NCBI GenBank assembly: GCA_937625935.1
Contig: OW569392.1
Location: 124,001-188,000 of the forward strand
Length of the DNA stretch: 64,000 nucleotides
From: Tetramitus jugosus
Lineage: Eukaryota; Protista; Heterolobosea
Direction of reading: 5' to 3'
Position numbers and translations under genes: made by a program. Positions 32,860-46,106 of this stretch are shown piece by piece. The notes under the pieces are model-generated. The model did no database searches. It saw nothing but the letters and a program-made list of their open reading frames with translations, and was not told where the DNA came from. Position 1 is the first letter of the stretch; each line of letters begins with the position of its first letter.

Positions 32860-32945
32860 GAACTCTTTCCTTTTAATTTAACCATCTTATCTTCTTCTTA
32901 ATGTTGAGATCGGAGACAACTCGAGAACTCTCAGTCATGTAGACC
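32860..32945 (+). pseudogene. Degenerate 5S rRNA 3' fragment
   Basis: ttgagatcggagacaactcgagaactctcagtcatgtagac versus 5S ttgagataggagactactcgagaaccctcagtaatgtaggc. Confidence 0.7.
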
Positions 32946-33066
32946 ACTATTGACCTTCGCTTGCTGTTGCTCACTCGTCTACTGTAATTTTTTTGCGGCA
33001 AGTCGATGTTTACATTGAACTTCTTGATCACAACAATAGTGATCAAGTTATTCGACAGACCAAAGA

Positions 33067-34878
33067 ATGTCCACTACAAAGTTGCCCTATCTCAGACCAA
33101 AGAGTGAGGAACAATTAACCAGGAATCAACTCTATAGTCAGACACTGGACGACGAAGAAGATGACCTACTACTCAAGGACGAGATGAGCGGAGAAGAAGA
33201 CTTGCTCAGTGATGAAGAAGTGAACGAAGGAGATGAATTTGGTCTAGATACGATCAGTAAACTGGCTAAAGAAACGAAAGAAAAGGAAATGAAAGACAAG
33301 GAAGCAGAAGTGAAAGAAGTTGTGCCCATTGTGAGACCTGAACTTAAGAAGGAACCAGAAGTGATCGATGATTTTATTCGAAACTTTTTGAATAAGCATA
33401 AATTTCTTAAAACTTTGGATATGTTTCAACAAGAGTGGTATGAGAAGGAGAAGAAGGGTGAGATAACGGAGAAGGACTTGGAGCTTGTTCCCAATGTATA
33501 TATTCAAAATTTGAAATCAGAAGATGAAATTGCAAGACTCAATCAAAGAATCAATGAATTGACCGACAAAACCAAGAAGGCGATAGAAAACTTGGATTCA
33601 GTTCGAAAGGAGATGGTGCATCACAAGAGGCATCATCAGAGAGTAGTGCAGGAGAAGAAGGGACTTCTTAAAGAACTAAATCGGTTGAAGAATCAATGTG
33701 ATAAATATGATCCTGTGATTGATCAGTTGAGAGTGAAATATGAGAAAGCTATGAAAGAAAAGATGTTAATTATGTTAGAGAAAGATAAGTTGACTGCGAA
33801 AATCAGTGCACTGGAAGCAACTATACAGACATTGGAATCAGATAAAACTGGAGTTAAGATCATTGAGAAACAAATGAAAACTTCAATGAAACTCTCCTCA
33901 ACAATGAATCTAAACAAGCTGCCAACAGAAAATAGAGTCAATCCGTACACAGATGTTATGAAGAATACAATTGACATTGACGCATTCTCTCTCACAGATG
34001 CTTTTGAAGGACATACGATGGCTATATCAGGTATTGCTCGACATCCAACGAAACAAATCCTTGCTTCAGTGTCAGATGACACAACATGGAAAATATGGTC
34101 AATCCCCAGTGGAAAGGTCATTATGAGTGGTGATGGACACAAGGATTGGATATCGGGCGTCGCATTCAATCCCAAAGGAACACATCTGGCGACATCAGGT
34201 GGTGATAGTACGATTAAACTCTGGGACTTTTTAGACTCGTGTTGCTCTGCCACGCTCACCGATCATTCAATGGCAGTGTGGTCTGTAGCTTATCACGACA
34301 GTGGTGACTTCCTCGTTAGTTGCTCCATGGATCAAACAGCACGGTTGTGGGATCTCCAAACTCTCAAGTGTCGCTCAACGATTAGAGGACATCTGGACAG
34401 TGTGAACCATGTCACATTCGTTCCTTACACGAACACAATTCTCACCTGTTCAGCAGACAAGACTGTTTCTCTGTGGGATTTGAGATGTGATGCCAACAGT
34501 GTAAATATGAACAGTTTTTATGGTCACACTGGTGCGTGCAACCATGTGGCCACCAATTTACAAGGGAACACCGCAGCCTCCTCAGACTGTGAAGGAACTG
34601 TCATCATCTGGGACATGAGAACAATGACAGAAAAAACAAGGCTAAATGCAGGTCCCTATCCAGCCAACAAGATTGCATTTGACCCGAGTGGAACAAGATT
34701 GGGAGTGACAAGCGATGACGGTTCTCTCAAATTGTTCAACTTGATGCCAAAGGAAGAAGAGAGCATATCAAGAGAGCTCAAGGGACACAAAGACGGAGTG
34801 TTGGATGTCATATTCGATATGGATGGAAAATATATCATCACAAGCGGCAGTGATGCAGCGCTTTGCCTGTGGCAATAA
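33067..34878 (+). CDS. SPAG16: Axonemal central-pair WD40 protein PF20/SPAG16
   Basis: EVIDDFIRNFL motif, coiled coil, then WD40 repeats. Confidence 0.85.
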   Translation: MSTTKLPYLRPKSEEQLTRNQLYSQTLDDEEDDLLLKDEMSGEEDLLSDEEVNEGDEFGLDTISKLAKETKEKEMKDKEAEVKEVVPIVRPELKKEPEVIDDFIRNFLNKHKFLKTLDMFQQEWYEKEKKGEITEKDLELVPNVYIQNLKSEDEIARLNQRINELTDKTKKAIENLDSVRKEMVHHKRHHQRVVQEKKGLLKELNRLKNQCDKYDPVIDQLRVKYEKAMKEKMLIMLEKDKLTAKISALEATIQTLESDKTGVKIIEKQMKTSMKLSSTMNLNKLPTENRVNPYTDVMKNTIDIDAFSLTDAFEGHTMAISGIARHPTKQILASVSDDTTWKIWSIPSGKVIMSGDGHKDWISGVAFNPKGTHLATSGGDSTIKLWDFLDSCCSATLTDHSMAVWSVAYHDSGDFLVSCSMDQTARLWDLQTLKCRSTIRGHLDSVNHVTFVPYTNTILTCSADKTVSLWDLRCDANSVNMNSFYGHTGACNHVATNLQGNTAASSDCEGTVIIWDMRTMTEKTRLNAGPYPANKIAFDPSGTRLGVTSDDGSLKLFNLMPKEEESISRELKGHKDGVLDVIFDMDGKYIITSGSDAALCLWQ

Positions 34879-34955
34879 AAATATAATCATCTCCATTTCG
34901 CAAACTCGTTACCAGAACTTTTCATCTTGAATTAGATTAGATAACATCAGACAAT

Positions 34956-35310
34956 TTATTGTTGAGTGGTCTTCTTTTGGGCTTGTCCCTTCAAGAAACC
35001 GTTTGCTTCCTTTCTCTTAACGACCTTCAAGTATCTGCATCTTCCGGTACCAGTTGTGTTTCTTCTTCTGGCCTTGTTGCTCCAGTCGAATCTTCTGATC
35101 TTAGCTGCAGGATATCCACAAGCAGCACAGGTCTTTTGTTGAAGATGGTATGCTCTTCTACCGCATCTTGGGCAGGTAACGTGGTTCTTGTGATGTCTCT
35201 TACCGAATGCTTGGGTACCCTTGGTCTATTGTTGCCAAAAAAGAGTGTGTGAGACACTGGAACGAGAGTTTTTATGTGTGAAAGAAATTAACATATGGAT
35301 GACATACCAT
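34956..35310 (-). CDS. RPL37: 60S ribosomal protein L37 (eL37); intron 35226-35307 directly after the ATG
   Basis: Spliced product [43 protein letters not shown]...TGTGR; not in the ORF track. Confidence 0.95.
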
Positions 35311-35482
35311 TTTTCACTTTGTGGCTATGGATTTGAGTTTGTTTGATTTAGTTTTTGTTTTTGTGAATTTGCGGTCTGGTTGACTTTTGGTTGACCACCT
35401 TCGTTGAACATCAATGAAAAAATATTGCCCGACATTTTCAGACGAGATGGCAAACAACAAAAAACGGCCACTGAGCTTTCAT

Positions 35483-37672
35483 TCACTTTCTCACTCCAAT
35501 TCTTCTTTGTTCCATGATGGACTCATAGATGGGGTCCACATGCTTGAGTGTAATCGACTGACCTGTCAACAGACTAACAGCGGGGTAAACCGTGCCTGTC
35601 AAATTTCTGAAAGCTTGTCCTAGCGGTCTTCCATTCACTGAAATGTACACGGAAGCTCCAACGTATTCTTGTGCATCAACAATCGCGTAATTGGCACCTG
35701 TTGAATCGTGAGATCTTGTCGTATAGTATTGCACTCGTAGTCTTATTACATCGTGGTCGTTGAATGGAACATTGACCCATGGTTCAATTGGGTCACATGT
35801 GAAATTCTGTGCATTCTTCAATGAACTATTAGAGTAACAGTGGAGCGTGTCTCCATTGCCTCCAGCATAGCCCCAGCCCATGTTTGAATCGTAACCAATG
35901 AGATTTGTTGGTGTTGATCCCTTGAAATTAAAGTCTAGTGTTTCTAAACCGAGAACAATCCACCAACCATTGTTATGCGTCTTGTCCAACTGTTCAATCA
36001 CAATTTCCCATTCATGTACAGCCAAATCCTCTTCGTACGAGTCTACATCTGGTAGTCCATCAATGATACACTTGTGGTGGTGATTGTTGGTTCCGTTAGT
36101 GTGGAGCGAAGAGGAACCACCACTACTACTAATGTTATCTTCGAGTTTTCTTTTGGCGAGACTGCGTTTTCGGGGCAGTTTTGGTTTGAATCGGATTGGT
36201 TTTGATTCTTCGGATGGTATGCGGATGGGTCGAGTCGTTCTCACTGTCTGCCAATGATAGGTAATGTTGTCATCTCTGGACACTGTAGCATTGTTGCTGT
36301 CCTTTTTAAATTTGATGTTTGGACCTCTGTCTGTTGTGTCCCAAGTCAATGCTCCGGCTGTATAATATATGGTTATGAATTTACACACAAAAACAAAAAA
36401 TTGTTGTGTTAGTCATGACCATTTGGCTAACTACAAACAAAACAAGATAGTTTTTGCTCATTACGTACCCCACATGATATAGTACCTAAAGTATTGTTTC
36501 CAACTCGTGTAAGGATTCGATTTCGGAGGTGTTTTGATTGTTTCGAACCAGGACCTAATCTCTTCTTCAGATATTGTGAGTAATTGATCAGCAATGATCT
36601 CCTCTTCGTCTTCATCTGCCAGCGTCGATTGGTCACTAGTGACATCTTCGATTCGATATTCTCTCTCCAGGAACTTTCGCTTGAAATAATTGGCCAACAA
36701 TTCTCTTCTCCTATACAAGTAAACATTCATGCACAATTCCTTCCACAAAACTTCACTCTTTGCAAATTCATTGTTGAACTGCTTGCATACGAGAGCAATA
36801 TTGCGCAACACTTCTCTATGATCCAAAAATGAAAAGATGGTAATCAAAATATCTTGCGGGATCAAGTCAATGTTCATATAGATGAGTGGTTGATTGGAAT
36901 ATACACCAGAATGAGGCAAAAGAGATCGATGATGCATGTGAAGAGGTCGCGATGGAGCTTGGTTATTCATTCGGTTGACACCATTGGATGTAGCGAGAGA
37001 CATGGCAGCCTCTGTCTGAAATGTTTCGTTTCTTGTGCTCAGAATGTTACTGGCCGTAGGTGTAATGTTTGTTGCAGCGACATTGTCCATGGTTGATGAT
37101 GTTGTTGCTGTCGTGGTAGCAGCACTGTTGTTGCTTGTTCTTACTGTCGAATTGTTGTTGTTGTTCATGGTTGTTGAAGTGCATGATGACGGTCTTGAAA
37201 AAGCGGAAGAAGAAGAAGGTGTTGAAGATGATGATGACGAAGATGGCGGTGTGTTCATCATGTTACTGTACTGTGTCGGTGGACTCGAAGACGACGACAT
37301 TAATAAAACTTGATGCAGAGGTATAGGAGGAATCAACTCCTCTTCAAATGGTACCACTACTAGCACATCATCATGCATAATTTCGTTTGTTTGTTCAATT
37401 TGAGTTCCCTTGAGAGAAAATAGCTTTGGAAAGCACTCTTCTTGATGACCACTGTCCTCATCAGTGGATATCACAACTGGGATATCATATTTTGTGCAAA
37501 CCATTGATAAAATATCCCTAAAGGAGCAACCATAGGGGAAAGCTAGGCATTTACCACGTCTGAGAGTCCCATTGGGGAACAAGTGTATTCGCACAAGGAG
37601 ACCCATGTTGGTGGTCGATGATGGAATACCATTGTTATTGTTGGTGTTGTGATAGTATTCGATTGGATTCAT
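35483..37672 (-). CDS. KHA/DCX-like plus F-box plus SPRY domain protein; intron 36358-36468
   Basis: F-box IPQDILITIFSFL..VCKQF; SPRY-like C-terminus (WEIVIE..VYPAVSL); GTACGT..CAG intron restores the frame. Confidence 0.75.
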
Positions 37673-37839
37673 CTCGAGTCCAGTGTGAAGCTGATGACTG
37701 ATTGATTGATTGATGTTGTAGTTTTGTTGGAAGAAGAGTTGATGATGACCTTTAGCTATTTTGGCCCAAGAAGCGAGAGTTCCTTTTTACCGCCAAAAAA
37801 AGCTCGTACGATTTTTTTTTCGACAGGAAAGCACCAGTA

Positions 37840-38149
37840 ATGAGTGAAAAGGTAAGGTTCCACCACCATATTCAAGCTATTTTCAAACTAGAACTGAACA
37901 TTGCTGTAGAGTGACAACAAGGGAAAGATTCCAGAAGTTTTGGCCAGAGCTGGTCTCGTGTACTCTGAGAAGAGCACTCTGAATGAGATTATGTGCAAAC
38001 CAAAGATTATGCCACTCAAGAGCGTGACGCTTGAGAAGATTGAAAGAATGGAAAAAGAAGTGTTGACAAAACCTGGATTCCGACCCGGAACCTCATCTGA
38101 CACATTCCGACCAGGTACTTCACACTTTTACACGAGCAACAATCCGTAA
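37840..38149 (+). CDS. BBIP1: BBSome-interacting protein 1 (BBS18); intron 37852-37909
   Basis: EVL..AGLVYSE...MCKPKIMPLKSVTLEKIERM matches the BBIP10 motif. Confidence 0.8.
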
Positions 38150-38216
38150 AAGAAAACAACGCTTGTTTCAATAAAAAAATCACAATTTGATCACCAAAAA
38201 CAAAGCAACAATCATC

Positions 38217-38762
38217 ATGTCATCATCATCCGACAAGGCAGCACCCAACAAAGAGAATGGAGGTTCAGGAAAGAATCACACTTGGATTCAAACATTGAAG
38301 GAAGTGACGGTCAATATTCCAACCAGAGCAGGCATCAAGGGCAAAGACTTGAAAATTGACATCAAGGCATCACATATCACTGTCAAGTATGCAAATGGAG
38401 AAGTGATAATCGATGGAGATTTGCATAAGCGTGTCATTGTTGATGATTGTTGCTGGCAATTAGAGGATTCAAGTGAAGGAAGAGTCATTGTTGTATATTT
38501 GACGAAATCGAACCCGATGGAATGGTGGAGCTGTGCCATACAGGGCGATGAAGAGATTGATATTACAAAGATTGAGCCAGAGAGTTCAAACATGAAGGAT
38601 CTTGATCCAGACACGAGAGCTCAAGTAGAGAAGATGATGTTTGATCAACAACAGAAGCAAATGGGTCTCCCTACTTCAGAGGAGAGACAAAAGCAACAGA
38701 TGATTGACAAGCTATTGGCCAATGATCCAAGCCTCAAAGAAAAGTTTGCAAATCTGGAGTAA
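38217..38762 (+). CDS. NudC-family CS-domain co-chaperone
   Basis: WIQTLKEV, WWSCAIQGD.EID and DLDPDTRAQVEKMMFDQQQKQMGLPTS motifs. Confidence 0.9.
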   Translation: MSSSSDKAAPNKENGGSGKNHTWIQTLKEVTVNIPTRAGIKGKDLKIDIKASHITVKYANGEVIIDGDLHKRVIVDDCCWQLEDSSEGRVIVVYLTKSNPMEWWSCAIQGDEEIDITKIEPESSNMKDLDPDTRAQVEKMMFDQQQKQMGLPTSEERQKQQMIDKLLANDPSLKEKFANLE

Positions 38763-39052
38763 ATATATTGTCATTTCTGCGTTTGCAATGCTTCCTTCTC
38801 CATACTGTTGAACTTTGAAAGCACAGGTTTGGTATCGTGCAACAGTTTGGCCTGTTCACTTCCTTTCTCGGGAGCCCGCGCACAATCAACATTGTAAGTT
38901 TCTCTCCAATTCTTGAGGACCGTTACCTGCTGAATTGGCGCCATTCAAGCCTCTACGCGAAAATCTGAAAAAAAATTGCTCACTCATCAAGCTGAATTTT
39001 TCGCACAGTTACAGATAGAAGTGCAAAGCAGTTGTGCATTGAGAAAGAGAAA

Positions 39053-41450
39053 ATGAATACGAGACAATTACCTTTCCTTCCAGGAAACAGCTTCGATGAT
39101 CCTATGGTATGACACTAATCATCTACCTGTCTGCTTACTGTCTGTGTTTGTTTTCTCCATTAGTTCAATTTCATAACACCAAGTTGATTTACATTTGTAG
39201 CTCAGAGAAAATCATCGTAAGAGACAAATTTTTGGTTACAAGAACAGTTTGCCTGTAGTTTCTGATCTGACTGTTCCAGATGAATCATATGGAGACGAGG
39301 AATACTTGAAGACAGCTACTGAGAAGCTTGCTCAAAAGTTGTCATTGACCAATTCTTCCCTGCAATCTGTCATGGCATCAGACACTAGCACACAACAACC
39401 AAGATGGTTATCTTTGGATAGAAAGGTGCTTCGATTCCATTGCTACTTCCGTGAAGGTGTTCATGAGAGCAACGTGGAACAATCGAGAGTGAGAAAGTGT
39501 GTACTTTACTATTATTTGGAGGACGATACGATTCACGTGAGTGAACCTCGTCAAGACAATTCAGGTATTCCTCAGGGTTCTCTTATTAAGAGACACAGAA
39601 TTCCAAAGCCTATTGGAGGTGGTTATTATTCCGTGGAAGATTTTGCAATAGGAACAGAGGTCACACTCTATGGAAAAACATTTAGGATTGTGAGTTGTGA
39701 TGAGTTTACGCAAGAGTTTTTGCGTGGTATTGGGTTGGCATCTGAATTTGATATTGAAGCTGAACCATTCCCTGATGATCAATACACCAAAGTAAGAGAG
39801 GATCTACAAGCATCAATGAGTCCATTTATTAAACTCAATGACCAAGATCAAGAACTAAAGAGATATCTCGAGTATTCACACAAGGGACGTCATACCAACC
39901 CATCTAAACCAGAGAAAGCTGCCACTCAACAATTTTTAAAGAATGACAGACAAGTACTCCGATTCTATTGTTGCTGGGATGCTAGAGATGAGTTGTATGG
40001 TGATTTCCGAAAATTTATCCTCGAGTATTATCTTGCGGATGACACCACCAAGATTTCTGAGGTCAACCCTGTTAACTCGGGTAGAGATCCATTCCCAGTG
40101 TTTGTCAAGAGATCAAAGGTACCAAAACCAACGAGTGGAACAAGTAGAAGTCCGGCTGAATATTACAATGAGAGAGATCTTGGAATTGGAAGGTATATTG
40201 AAGTGTTCTCGAAGCGATTCCTCCTTTATGATTGTGATGCGTTCACCAAGGAATATTACTCAAGAAAGTATGGAATAGAGGACTTTGAGCCGATTGACAT
40301 TTACAAAGAGCATGGAATCTTCCCAAAGCAGAAACCAGAGAATTATCCTCCAAAGTTCAATGGTTTCGGATCGGAAGAGGATTCACTAAGTTCTTGGAAG
40401 AATCTAGTACTGAAAGCTCCAAAGAAGGATGTCAAGAAGTATATTGAAAATGACAAAATAATGCTTCGTTTCGGATGTAAAATGGTTACCAATGCTCCTG
40501 AGGACAAGGATCGAAGATTTGTATTGACATTCTATCTGGCCGATGACACAATTTCGATCTTTGAGCCTTCCCAACGTAACTCTGGTATTATTGGAGGAAA
40601 GTTCTTGCAAAGACAAAAAGTGAGATCGCCTGAACAGGATCCAGAGAGCATCAAGAAATATGGCAAGAGTGAATACTACAAGGCTCAAGATCTTCACGTT
40701 GGTGCTGTCTTAAACATTTTCAATCACTTGATGGAATTAACTGAGACAGATGAGTTTACTCTTAGATACATGGAGGGACGTCCGCAAGACTTTGAGCTAT
40801 CCAGTTACGAGATTGTGTTGCAGCGCATAAGGTATACAGTAATGCAGAAGAACTTAAGACTGAGAGACGCATTCAGAAGCATAGATAAGGATAAGAGTGG
40901 AACGATCACTCTGGGAGAATTGAGAGATTTGATCAAGGAGTTGGAGATGAATGTATCTGAACAGGAGGTTATCACGATTATGAGACATTTTGACAAAGAT
41001 GGTGACGGAGTGTTGAACTACAGGGATTTTTGCGAGTCCGTGTTCCCCTCAGACTTTTCTTCAGAGTTGGATAGAGATCATGCCACGAAGTTGTTACCAA
41101 AGGAAGAGACATTGAACACGACAAGTGTCCACTATAACAAGTTTAAATCGGCAGACAAACTGAATGCCACAACTCTATCTTCGAAGAGCATCTTCAAAAT
41201 CTTCTTGCAGAAGGCTGAGAACAGAAGACTACTATTCCAAGATACGTTCAGACAGATGAGTGATAGATCATATGACGGCTTGTTAGGTGTTTCAGAGTTT
41301 AAGAAGGCTGTTTCTCATAATCTTCAGATGAACTTTTCTGACGCTGAGATTGATTTATTGGCGCAACGATTCTTCCAGCCAAACAGACCAAGAATTCAAT
41401 ATTTGGAATTCATTCGAACTGTGGAGGGAATGGAGGCCTTTTCATTGTAA
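39053..41450 (+). CDS. EFHC1: Rib72/EFHC1 axonemal protein (three DM10 domains plus EF-hands); intron 39107-39200
   Basis: LPFLPGNSF N-terminus; three VLRF..YYLxDDT DM10 repeats; DKDKSG and DKDGDG EF-hands. Confidence 0.9.
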
Positions 41451-41480
41451 ATGAATTGTATTGCTACTTGAGGTAGTAAA

Positions 41481-44400
41481 CTAAAACTTAAAATTGCCCG
41501 CAAAGTCTGTATCATTTGAATCTTGTTGCATCGTCGGCTGTTCAGTGCCTGTAGGTTTGTCTTTGGCACCCATAATAAGCCACTTCCTTCCCTTGTCAAC
41601 CTTCACCTCATACGGCATGCTTTTCTCTGGTCCGTACAGCGTTATACTTGATTGAGTTTCTGTTTTCAAGCTCATGCAGTACTCCATAAATGGTTCCCAC
41701 CTTGTAATATTAAGGAGAGCATCTTTTAGAGTTGGTAGTGTATTAAATTCGTCAGTTTGCTCGATGGGATCTAACTCACGCTTATATCTGTCATGGGGAT
41801 TGAAAATAGGAACTTCTGAAAGATGCAGAGTGTTGAGCACTCTTGCTTTAAGGACAGACAGAAGGTCGTATCCCGCATCGTACTGGTCGTCCTCCAGTTT
41901 TTCATAAACTTCCGTGAGGGCATTGTGATTATTACACAGCAGTCCATCTATTTCAGTAAGAATGTCAAAAGCGTCTTGATGGTGCACAACACTGACTCCA
42001 ATAATTCCGTCAATGGTGTGTTGCAAACTAACGGGTAACTTTGACAGTTCAGGATCGGTCTCATAATATACCTTAACTAGTTCTATGAGCATGTATGACA
42101 TTGCTGCTTGTTCCGGACTCGTGATATGTGATGCTGTTCGGCACATACTTCCACTCATCAAATTATTCTCATCTAACTCCGAACAGATATACTTCTTCAC
42201 GCCTTTAGGTGTGAATGCTTGGGAGCCAACATGATCTTTGTGTCCTGAAAGATTGAAGTGACTAGTAGCAGCCTCTTTGATCAAATTCTTCTTCTCTGGA
42301 GAGGTTGTGACAAACAATTCCAATTCACCAAACTTCACTAGTTGAAAATAGAGTGTCTGCAACGCTCCTTGTACAACAGCCAATTGATCAAATTGTTCCT
42401 TCTTATCCTCGCTGAATACGCCTGACAAATTCATGAAGAAATTATGAGCTTGAAAACCCACGAGAGCGCCTCGAAGCTTCCCGTAGGATGATAGGCTAGA
42501 TGCAGCATCGATTCTTAGCATTTCTCCCAAGTTCATATGAATATTTTGATCTAATTGAGCTTTTCGACTCCTCACCAGCTGAGGTAGATGTTGCACAATA
42601 TTGGTGTCTGCACTCTTTACATGAGAATCACTCATGAATGCACTGAGAGAATCTAACATCTTGTACACATTTTGATAGAGACAAGAGGATGTAAGAGAAA
42701 GGACAACGTGGGCTGAGCCACGAGCAAACTGAATCGTGTAGCTCGGATTCATTCCAGTAGTATACCTGTTAATCACACCGTCTTTCCATTGTGTCGCATC
42801 GGCTTCTCTAGCACCTAATAATGGAATGAGATTACATAATAATGGCAGCAATGGTAGTAATCTAATCTCTATATTTCTGGAGCTGAGAGTTACAGTGCTA
42901 TGAACTACGTCTCCCGCACTGGTTTGCTCGTTGACAAATAATCTCTCTAGATCAGGGAAGCATGTTAAATTAGAGAGACCGCTCGCGTTGGGTGCCATTC
43001 TGAGCACCTGTGGTTGAGATTGAGGTGATAGTGTTTCAATTACATTAAGAGTCGAATGTGGATTTCGATTTCGAAGGACTTCCTGCATCTTGTTTTGAAC
43101 TGAATTCATATAGTGCTTATCGGGTACTGTGATTAATGTCAATCGGTGCGTATTGCCAATAAAATATTTTTCGAGGTAGTGTTTGACGAATTCTGATACT
43201 CCCTTTTCGGCAACTTCATTTTGAATCTTCTTAACGTGCGCTATGGTATCGAGTTTGTCCAAAATGTTTGGACCCACATGCAATTGGCGAATTTGATCTT
43301 CAGCAAGTTTGTGAACACTGGCCGAGAATATGTCCAAACGAGTTAATAGGGTTCTAAATAGAACATCAAGAGCGTTACCTGATTGAATCTTTCCTGGTAG
43401 TATGTCCAATAGATAATCGAGAATCATTTCAATGTTGGGTGCATTCTGAGGATTCACAGCATTCAATCCAATGGTTACACTCGGATTTTCAAGTGATGAT
43501 TGAAAAGTAGAGTAGTCCATGTTCATGGAAGATGCCAAACCAGATGAAACTACGGCTTGATGAATCGGTGCTTCTGCTGAGTTATGTGTCAAAAATGAAC
43601 TGATCAATTTGAGACAGAGTCGATCGTACGATGACGCATCTTCACTAAACAGGTAGGATATGAACAAACAAGGCTCTTTCTGTTGTGTCGTATCAGATGG
43701 AACACGAATTGTTTCTGTTCTAGGTTTCGTCCATCTTTGCACAACCTTGTTGCTCTTACCGAATGAACCAACAAAACTCTCCTTGTTCTTCAATAGAGTC
43801 GATGACAGCAGAGGAAGATGATTATTTTCAATATCAGCCAAAGTGTGCTTACCATACACTGTCACTGTCGCATTCGAAGCCACATAATGCGACCTATAGA
43901 ATTGCACTAGATCAGATTGAGTCATTCGTGTGACCTCTACCAAATCAATGGGTATCTGAGCATTCTCATACGCTGTTCCTTCAAATAAATATCGATAAAT
44001 GTACGCACTAATGTTCACTCCTTCCATTACAGTCTTTGCAAATATCATGCCAAACAATTCTCCACTTGGTTCATTTTCTCGCATGGAAAATATGTTCTGA
44101 TCAAAGTGTTCTGCGCTCAAAAAGCTCTCACCGTTCGAGAAGAGATCTCTGCTCAACGATTCCAATTGATTCAAGCTCTTGGACTTGTTGGATGTCGAGA
44201 TGTGATAAAGAGATTGCAAATGAGCTACAAAAATATGCCCAAACAAACACACAAGACATGCACAAGATACGAAACACAAAAAGATTAAAAAAATGGAGTC
44301 AAAAAACTTGCACATTGCACACACGCCAACAACAATGATGATTACTCACACAAAGTCGTATCAAACTGAAAAGACCCATTGGATTTCTTGTTCAAGCTCT

Positions 44401-44743
44401 TTCTAATCTGTGGAATAAACAAGAATTGGCATGAAACGGGAGCCAATGCATTGGAAATGACTTGATTGGAGTGATCAACAGTGATACCATGCATAAATCC
44501 ATAGCTCTCATCACGAGTCTCCATATGAATCACCTTGAGATTACTGTGCTCATGTTGTAGCACGTGAATAGGCCCCTTGGTCACTCGATTGCTCAATGAA
44601 TGATCCTTGTTGAGTGATTCAGTTTGTTCAATGATGGACCAACCATTACTGAGAGAGCTAATGTACCGTTTGACGCCCTTGTTTATGTTAGTGTTAGTGG
44701 CTGATGTGGTACCTCTCTTTCGTCCAACATGGATCATCATCAT
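41481..44743 (-). CDS. Divergent M16C presequence-protease-like protein (spliced near the 5' end)
   Basis: LQHEHSNLKVIHM, LVQFYRSHYVASNA..YG and PLLPLLCNLIPLLG resemble PreP/Cym1; exon structure uncertain. Confidence 0.6.
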
Positions 44744-44868
44744 TTTCGTTTTTTCTTCTTTGGCGGATAATTTTCACATCGGGAAATCACAAGGAATGTT
44801 CAATTTCGGTTTCCTTGAAGTCGTAGTTCATCAACGTTTGTTGTTGTAGTTCGAAAACGACAAAAGAA

Positions 44869-45854
44869 ATGACCAAGCGTGCCCTCACATGGTACGATAG
44901 CGATGAAAACAAGGACAATCCGATCAAGAGGAAGAGAAATAATGAAGGTGGTGAATCTGAAATTAGTTCTGCACTCTGTAGAGATGCCTGGTCGAGAATC
45001 ATTGAGTTTTGTAACACTCGAGAATGGTTACAGTTGAGTTACACTTGCAAAGGAATCAACCAATTCAAATTCCTTCGATTGTTCATGTTCAATAAGAAGA
45101 GAACACTCAAACATTCATTGAATGAGAAACAGATTGAGAACTGGTTTCAATTGGGAAGAGGAACGTTGTTTAATGTTGATTTTAACAGGAGTTTTTTTGT
45201 GGTGGATGGGCATTTTCAATACTTGGAGGGTATTTACGCACTCAATATGAGTTATTGTTGGGAAGTCACAGATAATATTCACTCACTTGATTGGCATTCA
45301 CACACTTGATATGAGAGGTTGGAACATCACAGACAGAGCAATTTCGCATTTGACTGGTATTCATACCCTTTCTTTGAGTTTTTGCGATAAGATCACAGAT
45401 GATGCATTCACTCATTTGACTGGTATTCACACACTCTATATGAGTGGTTGCCGGAATGTTACAGACAATGAATTTCGTAATGTAGCTGGCATTCATACAC
45501 TCAATCTGAGTTATTGTACTCAAGTCACAGACAATGCAATTTCTCATTTGAGTGGTGTTCACACCCTTTATTTGAGAAGTTGCCATCGAATCACAGATAA
45601 CGCGTTTCCCTATCTGACTGGTATTCACACTCGATATAAGCGGTCTGCGCAATATCACAGACCAAGCCTTTTCTAGTTTGGTTGGTATTCATACACTGCA
45701 TATGCATGGATGCAATCAAGAATGGATCACAGAGCGTGCGTTTGTTTATTTGAAGGGTATCCATACACTTGCTTGGTCAGAGAGAGATCGAGACCGTGCT
45801 TTCATCGAAAAAGTGGAAAGGTTGTTAAACATTTCAATTTCAGTTCAGAACTGA
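44869..45854 (+). pseudogene. F-box-like/LRR protein with two frameshifts
   Basis: ~66-bp tandem LRR units (GIHTLxxSxCxxITDxAFxxL); 2-nt deletions near 45277 and 45628 relative to the repeat consensus. Confidence 0.75.
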
Positions 45855-45977
45855 ATGAGAGGTGAGGATTGCACCTCCAATTGTGGAGCATCCATCTATG
45901 ATAAATACTTGTTATTGTATTGTTGTGGGAGTACCGCGAAACGGAATGAGCCACAAAAAATTCAGCAGCAAAAAGTG

Positions 45978-46050
45978 TGGTCGTTGCAGGGATCGAACCT
46001 GCGACCAATGGCTTATTAGACCAACGCTCTACCGACTGAGCTAAACGACC
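45978..46050 (-). tRNA. tRNA-Ile(AAT)
   Basis: GGTCGTT/AACGACC acceptor stem, anticodon loop CTAATAA, GGTTCGATCCC T-arm. Confidence 0.95.
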
Positions 46051-46106
46051 TTGGATATTCCTTTTTCTCGGAGTTCCCCCAAAACACTGAATTTTAACGC
46101 AGAAAA

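Noticed and set aside
45260-45780. ~66-bp repeats as a CRISPR-like array
   Set aside because: They are coding LRR units with no repeat-spacer structure, in a eukaryotic context.
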